A program made the position numbers and the translations under genes. From Gemmata obscuriglobus (GTDB lineage Bacteria > Planctomycetota > Planctomycetia > Gemmatales > Gemmataceae): a stretch of DNA of 32,000 bases. The stretch is from NCBI RefSeq assembly GCF_008065095.1, contig NZ_CP042911.1:30001-62000 (forward strand). Reading direction: 5' to 3'. This document shows positions 1 through 8,189 of this stretch, in pieces; positions within the stretch are counted from its first letter, which is position 1; every line of letters starts with the position of its first letter. A model generated the notes under the pieces. The model saw nothing but the letters and a program-made list of their open reading frames with translations. It did not search any database and was not told the DNA's origin.

Positions 1-453
1 AGCCTGACCGGGGTCGGACTGCGCACCAAGGTCGGGTTCGATGTGTACACGGTCGCCAGCTACGTGCAGGACGGGACCCGCGTTCAGAAGGCCGAGGATG
101 TGGCCAAGACCGACTCCGTCCGCTTGCTCCATTTGGTCATGCAGCGGACGGTGCAGCCGGACGACTTCATTGGGGCCTTCCGGTCGGCGGTCGGTAAGTC
201 GTACCCCGAGGGCAAGTTCGCGACGGAGTTCGCCCAACTGGTCAACGCGATCGGGAAGAACGCAGCGACCAAGGGCGATCACGTGATTCTGCTTCACGTG
301 CCCGGCGAGGGTGTGCGTGTTCAGGTGGGTCAGAAGGTGGACGTGACGATCAAGAGCCCGGCCTTCTCTCAAGCCCTGTGGGAGGTGTACTTCGGTTCGA
401 AGCCGCTCGACGAAGGGCTCAAGAAGGGACTGGTCGGCTCGATGAAGCCGTAA
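1..453 (+). CDS. chalcone isomerase-like family protein (5' end outside window)
   Basis: Frame 1 is open from base 1 (SLTGVGLRTKVGFDVYTVASYVQ...) to TAA 451-453. The listed ORF 43..453 only begins at an internal GTG. GxGLRxK...VY..ASY and the C-terminal ALWEVYFGSKPLDEGLKKGLVG match my recollection of bacterial chalcone-isomerase-like proteins. Confidence 0.6.
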   Translation, partial: SLTGVGLRTKVGFDVYTVASYVQDGTRVQKAEDVAKTDSVRLLHLVMQRTVQPDDFIGAFRSAVGKSYPEGKFATEFAQLVNAIGKNAATKGDHVILLHVPGEGVRVQVGQKVDVTIKSPAFSQALWEVYFGSKPLDEGLKKGLVGSMKP

Positions 454-481
454 CCGGGACACGATCGGGATGATCCTATCT

Positions 482-504
482 CGCCGGTGGGGCGACCGCC
501 GGCG
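482..504 (+). terminator. candidate stem-loop downstream of the chalcone-isomerase-like gene
   Basis: cgccggtgg-ggcga-ccgccggcg forms a 9-bp stem (one G-U pair) with a 5-nt loop, about 29 nt after the stop codon. There is no clear U-tract. Confidence 0.3.
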
Positions 505-700
505 ACTCTTATCAGTGACGGCACCTCGGCCCGCTTTCGCACCTTTCGGCCAACTAGGTCTCAGGGTCAGTCGTAGACGATCATCTTCTCGACCTTGAAT
601 CCCTTCTCCCCGGTCATCAGTCGGTGACGCATCGACCTTCCGGCACCCGGATTGCAAGTGCGAGAGCGGGGGGTGCGGCGCGCGCAGCGCAGAGGAACCT

Positions 701-1153
701 ATGACCGAAAAAGGTAGCTGGCTGGAACGCATGTCGGGGCTCGCGACCGCGTGGACCGGATCTTCCCAGGCGTTTGCGCTCGCCCTCGGAACCATTCTTG
801 TGTGGGCGGTGACCGGCCCTCTGTTCCGGTTTTCGGACACGTGGCAACTGGTGATCAACACCGGCACCACGATCGTTACGTTCTTGATGGTGTTCCTGAT
901 TCAGCGTGCCCAGAACAAGGACTCGCTGGCGATTCACTTGAAACTCAACGAGATTGTTGCCGCGTTGCCGTGGACGAGCAACCGGCTTATCAGTGCCGAG
1001 GATCTGACCGAGACTGAAGTGAGGATCTTGCGCGACCACTTCCGCAAGTTGGTGGAACTGGCCCGGAGGGACGAAGACCTGAAGTGTTCGCACTCGATCG
1101 AAGACGCGGAAGCGGATCACGTGCGGAAGCAGCAAACGGCGGCTCGCGCGTGA
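701..1153 (+). CDS. low-affinity iron permease (Fet4-like) family membrane protein
   Basis: ATG 701 is preceded by gaggaa. Two hydrophobic helices ([38 protein letters not shown]) are followed by [18 protein letters not shown], a pattern I associate with the low-affinity iron permease family. Confidence 0.7.
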   Translation: MTEKGSWLERMSGLATAWTGSSQAFALALGTILVWAVTGPLFRFSDTWQLVINTGTTIVTFLMVFLIQRAQNKDSLAIHLKLNEIVAALPWTSNRLISAEDLTETEVRILRDHFRKLVELARRDEDLKCSHSIEDAEADHVRKQQTAARA

Positions 1154-1274
1154 CGGGTTCGAGATGGGGCCGTTTGGCGATAGTGCGCTGCTGACGGCGT
1201 TGGTGGGTGAGCGGTGGGACGTGGGGTCACCCGTTATGCGACTGCGCCGAACGGGTGCGCCGTCTGGATTTTCC

Positions 1275-2318
1275 TTATTCGAATAACGATCCTTGCTTAT
1301 CGTCGGGCTTCGGCTTGGGTACTGGTGGAAGTTTCCCGAGAGCTGAGTAAGCGCGGGGCATCGCCACCCGGCCGCGCGGCGAACGGGTGATGTACTGCTC
1401 GCGCAGCAGGTAAGGCTCGATCTCGTCCGAGAGCGTGTCCGACGCCAGGTTGATCGTCGCCGCGAGCGCCTCCACCCCGGTCGGTCCGCCGCCGTAAAGG
1501 TCGATCAGCGTTTCGAGGTACTTGCGGTCGTTCTTGTCGAGCCCGTCGCGGTCCACCTCGGCCATGTCGAGCGCGGCCCGGGCGACCTCTTCGGTAATGG
1601 TGCCGTCGTGCTGCGCTGCGGCGAAACTGCGGGTCCAGTGGAGGCGCGAATTGGCCACCCGCGGGGTTCCGCGGCTGCGCCGGGCCAGCTCTAGCGACGC
1701 CTGCGAGGTGATCGGGGTGTTCAGTTTTGCCGCGTTCACGGTGGCGATCGTAGCCAGTTCATCGACCGAGTAGAACTCCAGGTGTTCATGCATTTTGAAC
1801 CGGTCACGCATCGGGCCGGACAGCATCCCGCTCCGCGTGGTGGCCCCGATGAGCGTGAACCGTTTGAGGGTCATGGAAATGGTCCGCGCGCTCATACCCT
1901 CGCCGAGCACAATGTCGATGCGGAAGTCTTCCATCGCCGGGTAAATGAACTCTTCCACCACCCGCGGCATCCGGTGGATCTCGTCGATGAAGAGCACCGA
2001 CCCTTCCTCAAGGTTTGTGAGGAAGGGGAGCAGGTCGGCCGGCTTCGCGAGCGCCGGGCCGCTGGTCATTTGCAGCGAGGTGCCGAGTTCGTTCGGCAGA
2101 ACGGTCGCGAACGTGGTTTTCCCGAGCCCGGGCGGGCCGTCGAACAGGATGTGCCCGAGCGGCTCGTTGAGCTTCTTCGAGGCGCGCACGGCGATCTCCA
2201 GCCGCTCTGCGACCTTACGCTGCCCGATCACTTCCTTGAGGAGTTTCGGGCGCAGCGCCGCGTCGTGCTTCTTTTGTTCGTCGCCCGGTCCGCTGGTGAT
2301 CACTTTCTCGCGCGCCAT
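1275..2318 (-). CDS. ruvB: Holliday junction branch migration DNA helicase RuvB
   Basis: 347 aa. Walker A is GPPGLGKTT, Walker B is VLFIDEIHRM, and the sensor/arginine region is LIGATTRSGMLSGPMRDRF. Typical RuvB length and C-terminal winged-helix region. Confidence 0.97.
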   Translation of the reverse strand: MAREKVITSGPGDEQKKHDAALRPKLLKEVIGQRKVAERLEIAVRASKKLNEPLGHILFDGPPGLGKTTFATVLPNELGTSLQMTSGPALAKPADLLPFLTNLEEGSVLFIDEIHRMPRVVEEFIYPAMEDFRIDIVLGEGMSARTISMTLKRFTLIGATTRSGMLSGPMRDRFKMHEHLEFYSVDELATIATVNAAKLNTPITSQASLELARRSRGTPRVANSRLHWTRSFAAAQHDGTITEEVARAALDMAEVDRDGLDKNDRKYLETLIDLYGGGPTGVEALAATINLASDTLSDEIEPYLLREQYITRSPRGRVAMPRAYSALGKLPPVPKPKPDDKQGSLFE

Positions 2319-2347
2319 GTCTCGGTTCCCTGTTCAATGTGTGGCGG

Positions 2348-2800
2348 TTACTTCTTCGCGCGCTTGTAGGTGACGAGAAACGTTTTGCTGCTCGCCGGAC
2401 TCTCGAACTTCTCCGGGCGTGCGGGCTTGTTCGGGTCGAGGTTGTAGCAGACGGTGAGTGCGTCCCCGTCCAGTTTGTAGATGGCCTTGATGGTTTTGCC
2501 TTTGTTCGGTCCCTGGTCGGACATGATGTCCATTTCCTTCGGGCTCTTACTCGCGTTCACCGTGAACGCCCCCTCGTCCTTCTCGCCAAGTTCGACGGTG
2601 TACTTCCCGCCCTCGCGGATCTCGAACTTCAGCGTTTTGAACACGACGGTCGAGTCTTTGCCGCCGAGCTCGGCCTTCTCAACGGTCCAGTTGCCGACCA
2701 TTGACTTCAGGTCGGTTTCGTTTTTCTTGTCGTCGGCCGCGACGTGAGTCGCGAGGCACAGGGCGAGGGTGAGCGCTGCGAACGGAACACGAACGGTCAT
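2348..2800 (-). CDS. TIGR03067-type small secreted protein (lipocalin-like, planctomycete-specific), copy 1
   Basis: Signal peptide MTVRVPFAALTLALCLATHVAA. Motifs GNWTVEKAELGGK and C-terminal DGDALTVCYN...RPEKFES... are shared with the paralogues at 2820-3250 and 27070-27507. Confidence 0.8.
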   Translation of the reverse strand: MTVRVPFAALTLALCLATHVAADDKKNETDLKSMVGNWTVEKAELGGKDSTVVFKTLKFEIREGGKYTVELGEKDEGAFTVNASKSPKEMDIMSDQGPNKGKTIKAIYKLDGDALTVCYNLDPNKPARPEKFESPASSKTFLVTYKRAKK

Positions 2801-2819
2801 GGGATCACTCTGGGTCGGG

Positions 2820-3250
2820 TTACTTCTTCTCGCGCTTCAACGTGAGTAGCATCAGTGGTGTTTTGGCCGGGGCCTCGAACTTCGTTGGGCGGTCGGGTTT
2901 TTCGGAGTTGAGACACAGCACGACGGTGTCGCCTTTTAGCTCGTACACTCCCGGCAGCGTGCGCCCTTTGAACAGCTCGTCCTTCGCGTCGTGAGGTCGA
3001 TTTGCTTCGGTTTCTGAGCTTCGCCGAGGGTGACGGCACCTTTGTCCGAGTTCTCAGCGAAGTCGATGACGTACTTCTCACTAGTGACGGTGAGCTTCAT
3101 GCCCGCGAGATCGTCCTTGTGGTCGCGCCCGCCGAGTTTCGCGTTCTCAATGACCCACACACCCTGGAGCGCCTTCAAATCACCTTCGGGCTCCGCGGCG
3201 AGGGCGCCGGTAGCGAGGAGGAGCAGTAAAGGTGCGACGGTCCGGTGCAT
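2820..3250 (-). pseudogene. TIGR03067-type secreted protein, copy 2, interrupted by a 1-nt frameshift near 2980-2990
   Basis: ATG 3250-3248 gives MHRTVAPLLLLLATGALAAEPEGDLKALQGVWVIENAKLGGRD...KPKQIDLTTR, then the frame runs into a nonsense tail ending at 2936. Shifting one frame at about 2981-2986 restores DELFKGRTLPGVYELKGDTVVLCLNSEKPDRPTKFEAPAKTPLMLLTLKREKK* (stop 2820-2822). That sequence aligns with the C-termini of copies 1 and 3. Confidence 0.7.
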
Positions 3251-3296
3251 GGCGGTTACTCGGTCGTGAGCGGGACGATGTGGGCTCGGACCCATA

Positions 3297-3437
3297 CCGA
3301 CCATCGAACGTGGCTTGCGGCTGATACGCGGCCGACTCGATCAGGCCGTGATCATGAACAGCGGGGTCATCGCCGTGCAACCGGATCACTTCGGCGTGAA
3401 TTTCGAGTATTTGTTCGACAGTAAGGAACGTCATCAC
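3297..3437 (-). pseudogene. truncated death-on-curing (Doc/Fic family) toxin remnant, N-terminal ~47 aa only
   Basis: MTFLTVEQILEIHAEVIRLHGDDPAVHDHGLIESAAYQPQATFDGRY matches the conserved N-terminal half of Doc-family toxins. No HxFxDGNKR Fic motif follows. The reading frame instead runs out of frame across the start of the TIGR03067 gene (ORF 3180..3437). The start overlaps the antitoxin stop (GTGATG). Confidence 0.6.
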
Positions 3438-3643
3438 TTCGCCAGCCGGCGGAGCAGTTCTTCGTTTTCTTTGACACTGGCAGCGAGAGCTTTGTTGAAG
3501 TCCGTACCGGCGGGCTTGAGCCGGGCGATAAAGTCGTCGGCAAGCTTTTCCAGCAGCACTGCGATCTCGATTCCTTGCTCGCGTGCTGCCGCGGCGAGCT
3601 TTTCGACCTTGTGATCATCGAGTTGGAGCGTCACGGTGCTCAT
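3434..3643 (-). CDS. ribbon-helix-helix-type antitoxin (partner of the Doc remnant)
   Basis: 69 aa. VTLQLDD (beta strand) + HKVEKLAAAAREQG + IEIAVLLEKLADDFI fits a strand-helix-helix pattern. Its stop overlaps the start of the Doc-like ORF, the classic antitoxin-then-toxin order. Confidence 0.6.
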   Translation of the reverse strand: MSTVTLQLDDHKVEKLAAAAREQGIEIAVLLEKLADDFIARLKPAGTDFNKALAASVKENEELLRRLAK

Positions 3644-3646
3644 GTC

Positions 3647-4390
3647 TCACCCTTTCTGTGCGTAGAGGAGCGTGATGGCCTCTTGCAGCGAGCGGAACGG
3701 TTGGCCGCACGTCAGGAGCGCGTCGAGTTTGGCACGCGCTTCCAGTGGGTTCAGGCCGAGACCCATTAGCGCCTGATACACGTCCTCGATCAGTTGCCCG
3801 TCGGCGGCGGTGACGAGCGGCTCCGTCGCGAGCGCCGGCTCCTCGGCAGCAGTCTTCTTCGCGGACTTCGCTTTCTTGCCGCTGGGCTTCTCTTCGACCA
3901 CTGCGTCTGGCGCCGGCTCGGCGCCGGGAGCGGCGACCGGCGCCGGCGTGTTCAGCACCGTGAACTTCGTCACTTTTCGCTTCAGCGTGGTGACGATCTG
4001 TTCGGCGGTCGTGGGGCCGATCCCGGGCAGCGCCGACAGCCACTTCGCGTCCTGGCGCGAGATCGCGTCGGCGATGGTTTTCACCGAGAACGCCATCGCC
4101 TTCAGCGCCTTTTTCACGCCGATCTTTTCGACCGTGCAGAACAGTTCGAAGAACTCCAGCTCGTGTTCATGCAGGAACCCGACGCGGCGCGGGACGAAGC
4201 GGTTGCCCGACGAGTTGCCTTCGAGGTACTCGGTGATGTGAAAGGTGAGTTCGTGCCCGGTGCGCATTTGGATCTGTCGCCGCACGGCTTCGGGCACCAT
4301 GATCTGGTACTCGAACGGCCCGATCTGGAGCCGCACATCGTCCTCGTCGTGCCGGCAGCGGGTGAGGACGCCCGTCATCTTGGTGATCAT
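3647..4390 (-). CDS. ruvA: Holliday junction DNA helicase subunit RuvA
   Basis: Start MITKMTGVL at ATG 4390-4388 forms an ATGA overlap with the ruvC stop. The longer listed ORF (to 4531) is an upstream extension inside ruvC. HhH region LSALPGIGPTTAEQIV, a long Ala/Pro/Lys linker, and C-terminal domain III (DVYQALMGLGLNPLEARAKL). Confidence 0.9.
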   Translation of the reverse strand: MITKMTGVLTRCRHDEDDVRLQIGPFEYQIMVPEAVRRQIQMRTGHELTFHITEYLEGNSSGNRFVPRRVGFLHEHELEFFELFCTVEKIGVKKALKAMAFSVKTIADAISRQDAKWLSALPGIGPTTAEQIVTTLKRKVTKFTVLNTPAPVAAPGAEPAPDAVVEEKPSGKKAKSAKKTAAEEPALATEPLVTAADGQLIEDVYQALMGLGLNPLEARAKLDALLTCGQPFRSLQEAITLLYAQKG

Positions 4391-5022
4391 GCGGATTCGC
4401 TCCGGGTGTCTTCTTCCGTCAACTCGTCGGGATCGGGTTCGGCGCCGAGTAACGCTTTCATGTTCACGCCGGTGAAGGTCGCACCGCGGGCGCCGCCCAT
4501 GACGCCGCTCCCGGTTGCGAAGTAATGGCACAGTGCGATCCCGAGGGCGTCGGCCACGTCGTGCGGCTCCGGCAGCTTCGCGAGGTTCAGTTCGCGCATC
4601 ACTGCGTACTGCATCTGCTCCTTCACCGCGTGCCCGTGCCCCGTTACCAGTTTTTTCACCTTCGTTGGGGCGTAACTGGTCACCGGTATACTATGCTGCG
4701 CCGCAGCCAGCAGGTACACGCCGCGAGCATGGGCCATCAGGATCGCGGTTCGCGGGTGGTCGTAGTGGGCGTAGAGTTGCTCGATGGCGAGCGCGGCCGG
4801 CTTCCACTCACCGAGCACCTCACTCAGGCCATCGTAAAGGGCCTTTACGCGGCGTGCCATGTCGGAAGAATCGCGCCCGTCGGCAGAACGGATAACACCG
4901 GCATCGACGACGCGCGGCCCCTTGTCGGAGACCTCAAGGACGCCGTAGCCGGTCGTTTGCAACCCGGGGTCGATCCCCAGGATGCGGCGCGGTGCGGGTA
5001 CGTCGGGAGGGGGCGTGAGCAT
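4387..5022 (-). CDS. ruvC: crossover junction endodeoxyribonuclease RuvC
   Basis: ILGIDPGLQTTGYGVLE catalytic N-terminus, AIEQLY, and HDVADALGIALCH near the C-terminus. An extra ~40-aa acidic tail follows. Confidence 0.93.
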   Translation of the reverse strand: MLTPPPDVPAPRRILGIDPGLQTTGYGVLEVSDKGPRVVDAGVIRSADGRDSSDMARRVKALYDGLSEVLGEWKPAALAIEQLYAHYDHPRTAILMAHARGVYLLAAAQHSIPVTSYAPTKVKKLVTGHGHAVKEQMQYAVMRELNLAKLPEPHDVADALGIALCHYFATGSGVMGGARGATFTGVNMKALLGAEPDPDELTEEDTRSESA

Positions 5023-5212
5023 TGGAACGCTTCCGGTGCGGGTGAGCTATTCCCGCAAATAGCCGAGAGAGCGAATCCCGGAAATGTCAGAGTACCGCAT
5101 TCCGGTGGCGGGTGTCGCGAGTTCGCCGGCGGAACCGCCCCGGCTCCTCCTGAAGGGAAGTAGGGGCATCTGGAACGCCGGTTCCACAGCGAAAAGAACA
5201 CGCGAAGCGAAG

Positions 5213-5344
5213 ACCCACCCCCGGCCCCTCCCTGAAGGGAGGGGAGGAAAGCACAGGCGAACGCGAAACGCAGCGTGCTCGTTTCGCACCGGGACCAACG
5301 TTCTCGGCGCCACCCCTCCCTTCAGGGAGGGGCCGGGGGTGGGT
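5213..5344. repeat. REP/MITE-like nested palindromic element (32-nt perfect inverted repeats around a 68-nt spacer)
   Basis: 5213-5244 acccacccccggcccctccctgaagggagggg is the exact reverse complement of 5313-5344. Each arm contains its own hairpin (CCCTCCC-TGAA-GGGAGGG). The spacer holds an 8-bp hairpin, gcgaaacg-cagcgtgct-cgtttcgc (5263-5287). A degenerate third arm copy lies at 5135-5166. Confidence 0.75.
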
Positions 5345-5352
5345 TGATTTGT

Positions 5353-6912
5353 CTACCCGACGCGCCAAGTGGTTCCGCCGGGGCGGTCTTCGAGCGTTAC
5401 CCCCAACTCGCCGAGGCGCTTGCGGATCAGGTCCGTCTGGTCGAACAGCGCCTTCCTGAGCGGGTTGTCCTTCGCGGCCTCCTTGGCGCTCGCGCGGAGG
5501 TTCGCGCGCAGGTCGAGGAGCAGTTGCATCAGCCCGCCGACGAGTTCGTTCCCGCCGTCGAGGGTTTTGGTTTCCGCGGTGAAGGTGAGTCCGAGGACCT
5601 GAGCGATTTCCTTAACGAGGCTCGCCCCCTCTGTGAACTCGGCTTTCGCTTGTGGGTTGCTGGTGGCGGGGTCTTCGAGTTTGGTTGTGTCGGCGAGCCG
5701 GTTCAAAGACGTGACCAACTCGAACAGCACCCCGGTAACGCCACCCGTATTGAGGTCGTCGTCCATGAAATCGTGGAAGCGTTGGGCGAACTCTGCGAGT
5801 GCCGGCTGTACGAACTTTCGGTTGGGATCGAACAGAACTGGCGCCGGGAGACTGGCGAACGGTTGCCCGGTGACGCGCTGGACACGCTCGGCGAATCGAA
5901 CAAAAGTTTCGAATGCGACCTTCGCCGATTCGAGGTTGCTCGGGATGGAACCCGGCTTCGGCTCCCAATCGCCAAGATCAATCGGCGACCGGTAATGCGT
6001 GTTCAGCACGAAGAACCGTAGCGCCCCGCCGCCCACCGCCTTCAGAGCGTCGGCAACGTTCAGTACGTTGCCGAGCGAGCCGGCCATCTTGCCGCTTTTG
6101 AGCTTCAGTAGTCCGTTGTGCATCCAGACGCGCGCGAACGGCTTGCCGGTCCAGCTCTCGCTCTGGGCCAGTTCGTTCTCGTGGTGCGGGAACTGCAAAT
6201 CCAGCCCGCCGCCGTGGATGTCGAGCGTCTCGCCGAGTTCCTTGATCGCCATGCAGGTGCATTCGATGTGCCACCCCGGGCGGCCCCGGCCGCATTTGAA
6301 GGGGCTGTCGAACTGCACTTCCGCGGGCTCGCCCGGCTTGGACTTCCACAGCGCGAAGTCGCCGGGGTTGCGCTTCTTGGGGTTCGGCTCCAGCCGCGCG
6401 CCGGCTTCCATCTGCTCGGGGTCGCGGTTCGTCAGCTTGCCGTAGTCCGCGTCCTTCGACACGTCGAAGTACACGCCGTCGTCGACCTCGTAGGCGTGGT
6501 CCTTCTTGATGAGGTCTTGAATGACCTGGATCATCCCGCCGATGTGCTGCGTGGCGCGGGGGAACACGTCGATGCCGTCTGGCGAGCTGACGGCGATGTT
6601 CAGCGCCTTCAAGCACGCGAAGTAGTCCTCGGTCATCTTCGCGGCGAGTTCGGGGACCGTGGTCTTCTGCTCCTGCGCGCGGCCGATCAGCTTGTCGTCC
6701 ACGTCTGTGATGTTGACGACCCACTTCACCTTGTACCCGAGGTAGGTGAGGTAGCGTTTCACGGTGTCGAAGATGACCGGGCCGACCATGTGGCCGATGT
6801 GCGACGGCTTGTAGACCGTCGGGCCGCAGACGTACATCGTGACCGTGTCGCCGGGCTGCTTGTGGAACGGCTCCTTTTTACGGGTCAGCGTGCTGTACAC
6901 TTGCAGAGCCAT
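5353..6912 (-). CDS. cysS: cysteine--tRNA ligase
   Basis: Start MALQVYSTLTRKKEPF at ATG 6912; the listed ORF extends 22 codons further upstream. YVCGPTVY, HIGH-type motif SHIGHM, WHIECT zinc site, and KMSKS-type motif KMAGSLGN. Confidence 0.95.
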   Translation of the reverse strand: MALQVYSTLTRKKEPFHKQPGDTVTMYVCGPTVYKPSHIGHMVGPVIFDTVKRYLTYLGYKVKWVVNITDVDDKLIGRAQEQKTTVPELAAKMTEDYFACLKALNIAVSSPDGIDVFPRATQHIGGMIQVIQDLIKKDHAYEVDDGVYFDVSKDADYGKLTNRDPEQMEAGARLEPNPKKRNPGDFALWKSKPGEPAEVQFDSPFKCGRGRPGWHIECTCMAIKELGETLDIHGGGLDLQFPHHENELAQSESWTGKPFARVWMHNGLLKLKSGKMAGSLGNVLNVADALKAVGGGALRFFVLNTHYRSPIDLGDWEPKPGSIPSNLESAKVAFETFVRFAERVQRVTGQPFASLPAPVLFDPNRKFVQPALAEFAQRFHDFMDDDLNTGGVTGVLFELVTSLNRLADTTKLEDPATSNPQAKAEFTEGASLVKEIAQVLGLTFTAETKTLDGGNELVGGLMQLLLDLRANLRASAKEAAKDNPLRKALFDQTDLIRKRLGELGVTLEDRPGGTTWRVG

Positions 6913-7012
6913 TCCAGAAATCCTTTCACCGCAAAGAACGCAGAGGGCGCAGGTGAAGACAGAAGGTGAGCGCTTCACGCTTCTCGATCTTTTTCGCGCC
7001 CGCTGCGGCGAA

Positions 7013-7492
7013 TCATGCCTGTTCGATGAGAACGACCGCGTGGCACCCGATGGCCTCGCCGCGGCCGATGTGCCCTACCTTCTCGCCCGTTTTCGCTTTG
7101 ACGTTGATGCGGTCGGCGGACAAGCTGAGCAGGTGCGCGAGGCTGTCTTTGATCGCCGCTTTCACGGGTCCGAGCTTCGGCTCCTGCGCGAAGACCGTTA
7201 CGTCCAGGTTGACGGGTTTCCAACCCAACTGGTTCAGGCGCTTGAGCGTTTCGGTGAGGAAGAACTTCGAGTCCGCGTTCTTCCACTGGGCGTCGGTGTC
7301 GGGGTAGGCGTCGCCAATATCGCCCAGACCGGCTGCACCCAGAAGTGCGTCGGTGACGGCGTGTAGAACCGCGTCCGCGTCGGAGTGCCCGACAAGACCT
7401 TTGGTGTGCGGAATGACGACGCCGCCGAGGATCAGCGGGCGGTTTTCCGCGAGCCGGTGTGTGTCGTGACCGCTGCCGACGCGAATGTTCAC
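7013..7492 (-). CDS. ispF: 2-C-methyl-D-erythritol 2,4-cyclodiphosphate synthase
   Basis: 159 aa with a GTG start. RVGSGHDTHRL and GHSDADAVLHAVTDALLGA are hallmark IspF motifs. Confidence 0.95.
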   Translation of the reverse strand: MNIRVGSGHDTHRLAENRPLILGGVVIPHTKGLVGHSDADAVLHAVTDALLGAAGLGDIGDAYPDTDAQWKNADSKFFLTETLKRLNQLGWKPVNLDVTVFAQEPKLGPVKAAIKDSLAHLLSLSADRINVKAKTGEKVGHIGRGEAIGCHAVVLIEQA

Positions 7493-7610
7493 CTGTCCGC
7501 CTCACCAACCCGGGTCCGTTCCGGGGAATTGTACCGCCGGGGCCGTTTTTCGCACAACCTTGACTGCCGGGCGGGGTTCGGACTTGGGGTGAAGAAAAAA
7601 TGAGCAAGAG

Positions 7611-8189
7611 GTGTCAGGATCGTGCGACCCCGTTCGTGTGGGTGTTAGTGAGGCTCGCGGTATGGTGCTCGAATCAGACGTTGTGGTTCAGGTGCTCCTG
7701 CGTGAGCGGTTGCGCATAACCGCACTCGCAGCGGGTGTGCTGCGCGACACTCACGGCGCTGACGACATTTTTCAGCAAGTGGTCCTGGCGGCCCTCGAAC
7801 ATCGTTCTGATTTCCGTGACTCCGGGCACCTGCTCGCTTGGTCCTTGCGCGCCGCCCGCCACCGGGCCGTGGATGCCTGCCGTCTTCGGCAGACCCGCGT
7901 GTTGCCCGATGAGGTGCTCGATCTGCTCGAGTCCCCGGATACGGACGTGGCGGACGGGTCTTGGTCGGATCGGGTCGAAGCTTTGCACCGGTGCCTCGCT
8001 GAGCTGACGCCGTCCGCCCGAGGGTTGTTGCAGTTGCGCTACGGTGAGGGGCTGTCGGCCGTCGATGTCGCGCGCCGGCTGAGTCGCACCGCGGACGCGG
8101 TGTATCAGTCGCTGTCGCGGCTGCATCGCGGGTTGCGAGAGTGTGTTGAGAAGCGGCTGGTAGGAGGGGCTGTCCGGGGGACGCAATGA
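7611..8189 (+). CDS. ECF-type sigma-70 family RNA polymerase sigma factor (planctomycete/verrucomicrobial type)
   Basis: Region 2-like ADDIFQQVVLAALEHRSDFRDSGHLLAWSLRAARHRAVDACR and region 4-like LTPSARGLLQLRYGEGLSAVDVARRLSRTADAVYQSLSRLHRGLRECV. The start is uncertain: GTG 7611 or ATG 7662. The stop overlaps the downstream gene start (ATGA at 8186-8189). Confidence 0.85.
   Translation: MSGSCDPVRVGVSEARGMVLESDVVVQVLLRERLRITALAAGVLRDTHGADDIFQQVVLAALEHRSDFRDSGHLLAWSLRAARHRAVDACRLRQTRVLPDEVLDLLESPDTDVADGSWSDRVEALHRCLAELTPSARGLLQLRYGEGLSAVDVARRLSRTADAVYQSLSRLHRGLRECVEKRLVGGAVRGTQ

Noticed and set aside
567-632. 21-codon minus-strand mini-ORF ([21 protein letters not shown]) in the intergenic region upstream of the iron-permease gene
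   Set aside because: It is too short to evaluate. There is no clear ribosome-binding site and no recognisable motif. It could be a gene fragment, but I cannot support that.
617-1135. 172-aa ORF antisense to the iron-permease gene
   Set aside because: It has an Arg/Pro/Gly-rich composition typical of shadow ORFs in GC-rich DNA. The opposite strand carries a protein with recognisable family motifs and TM helices.
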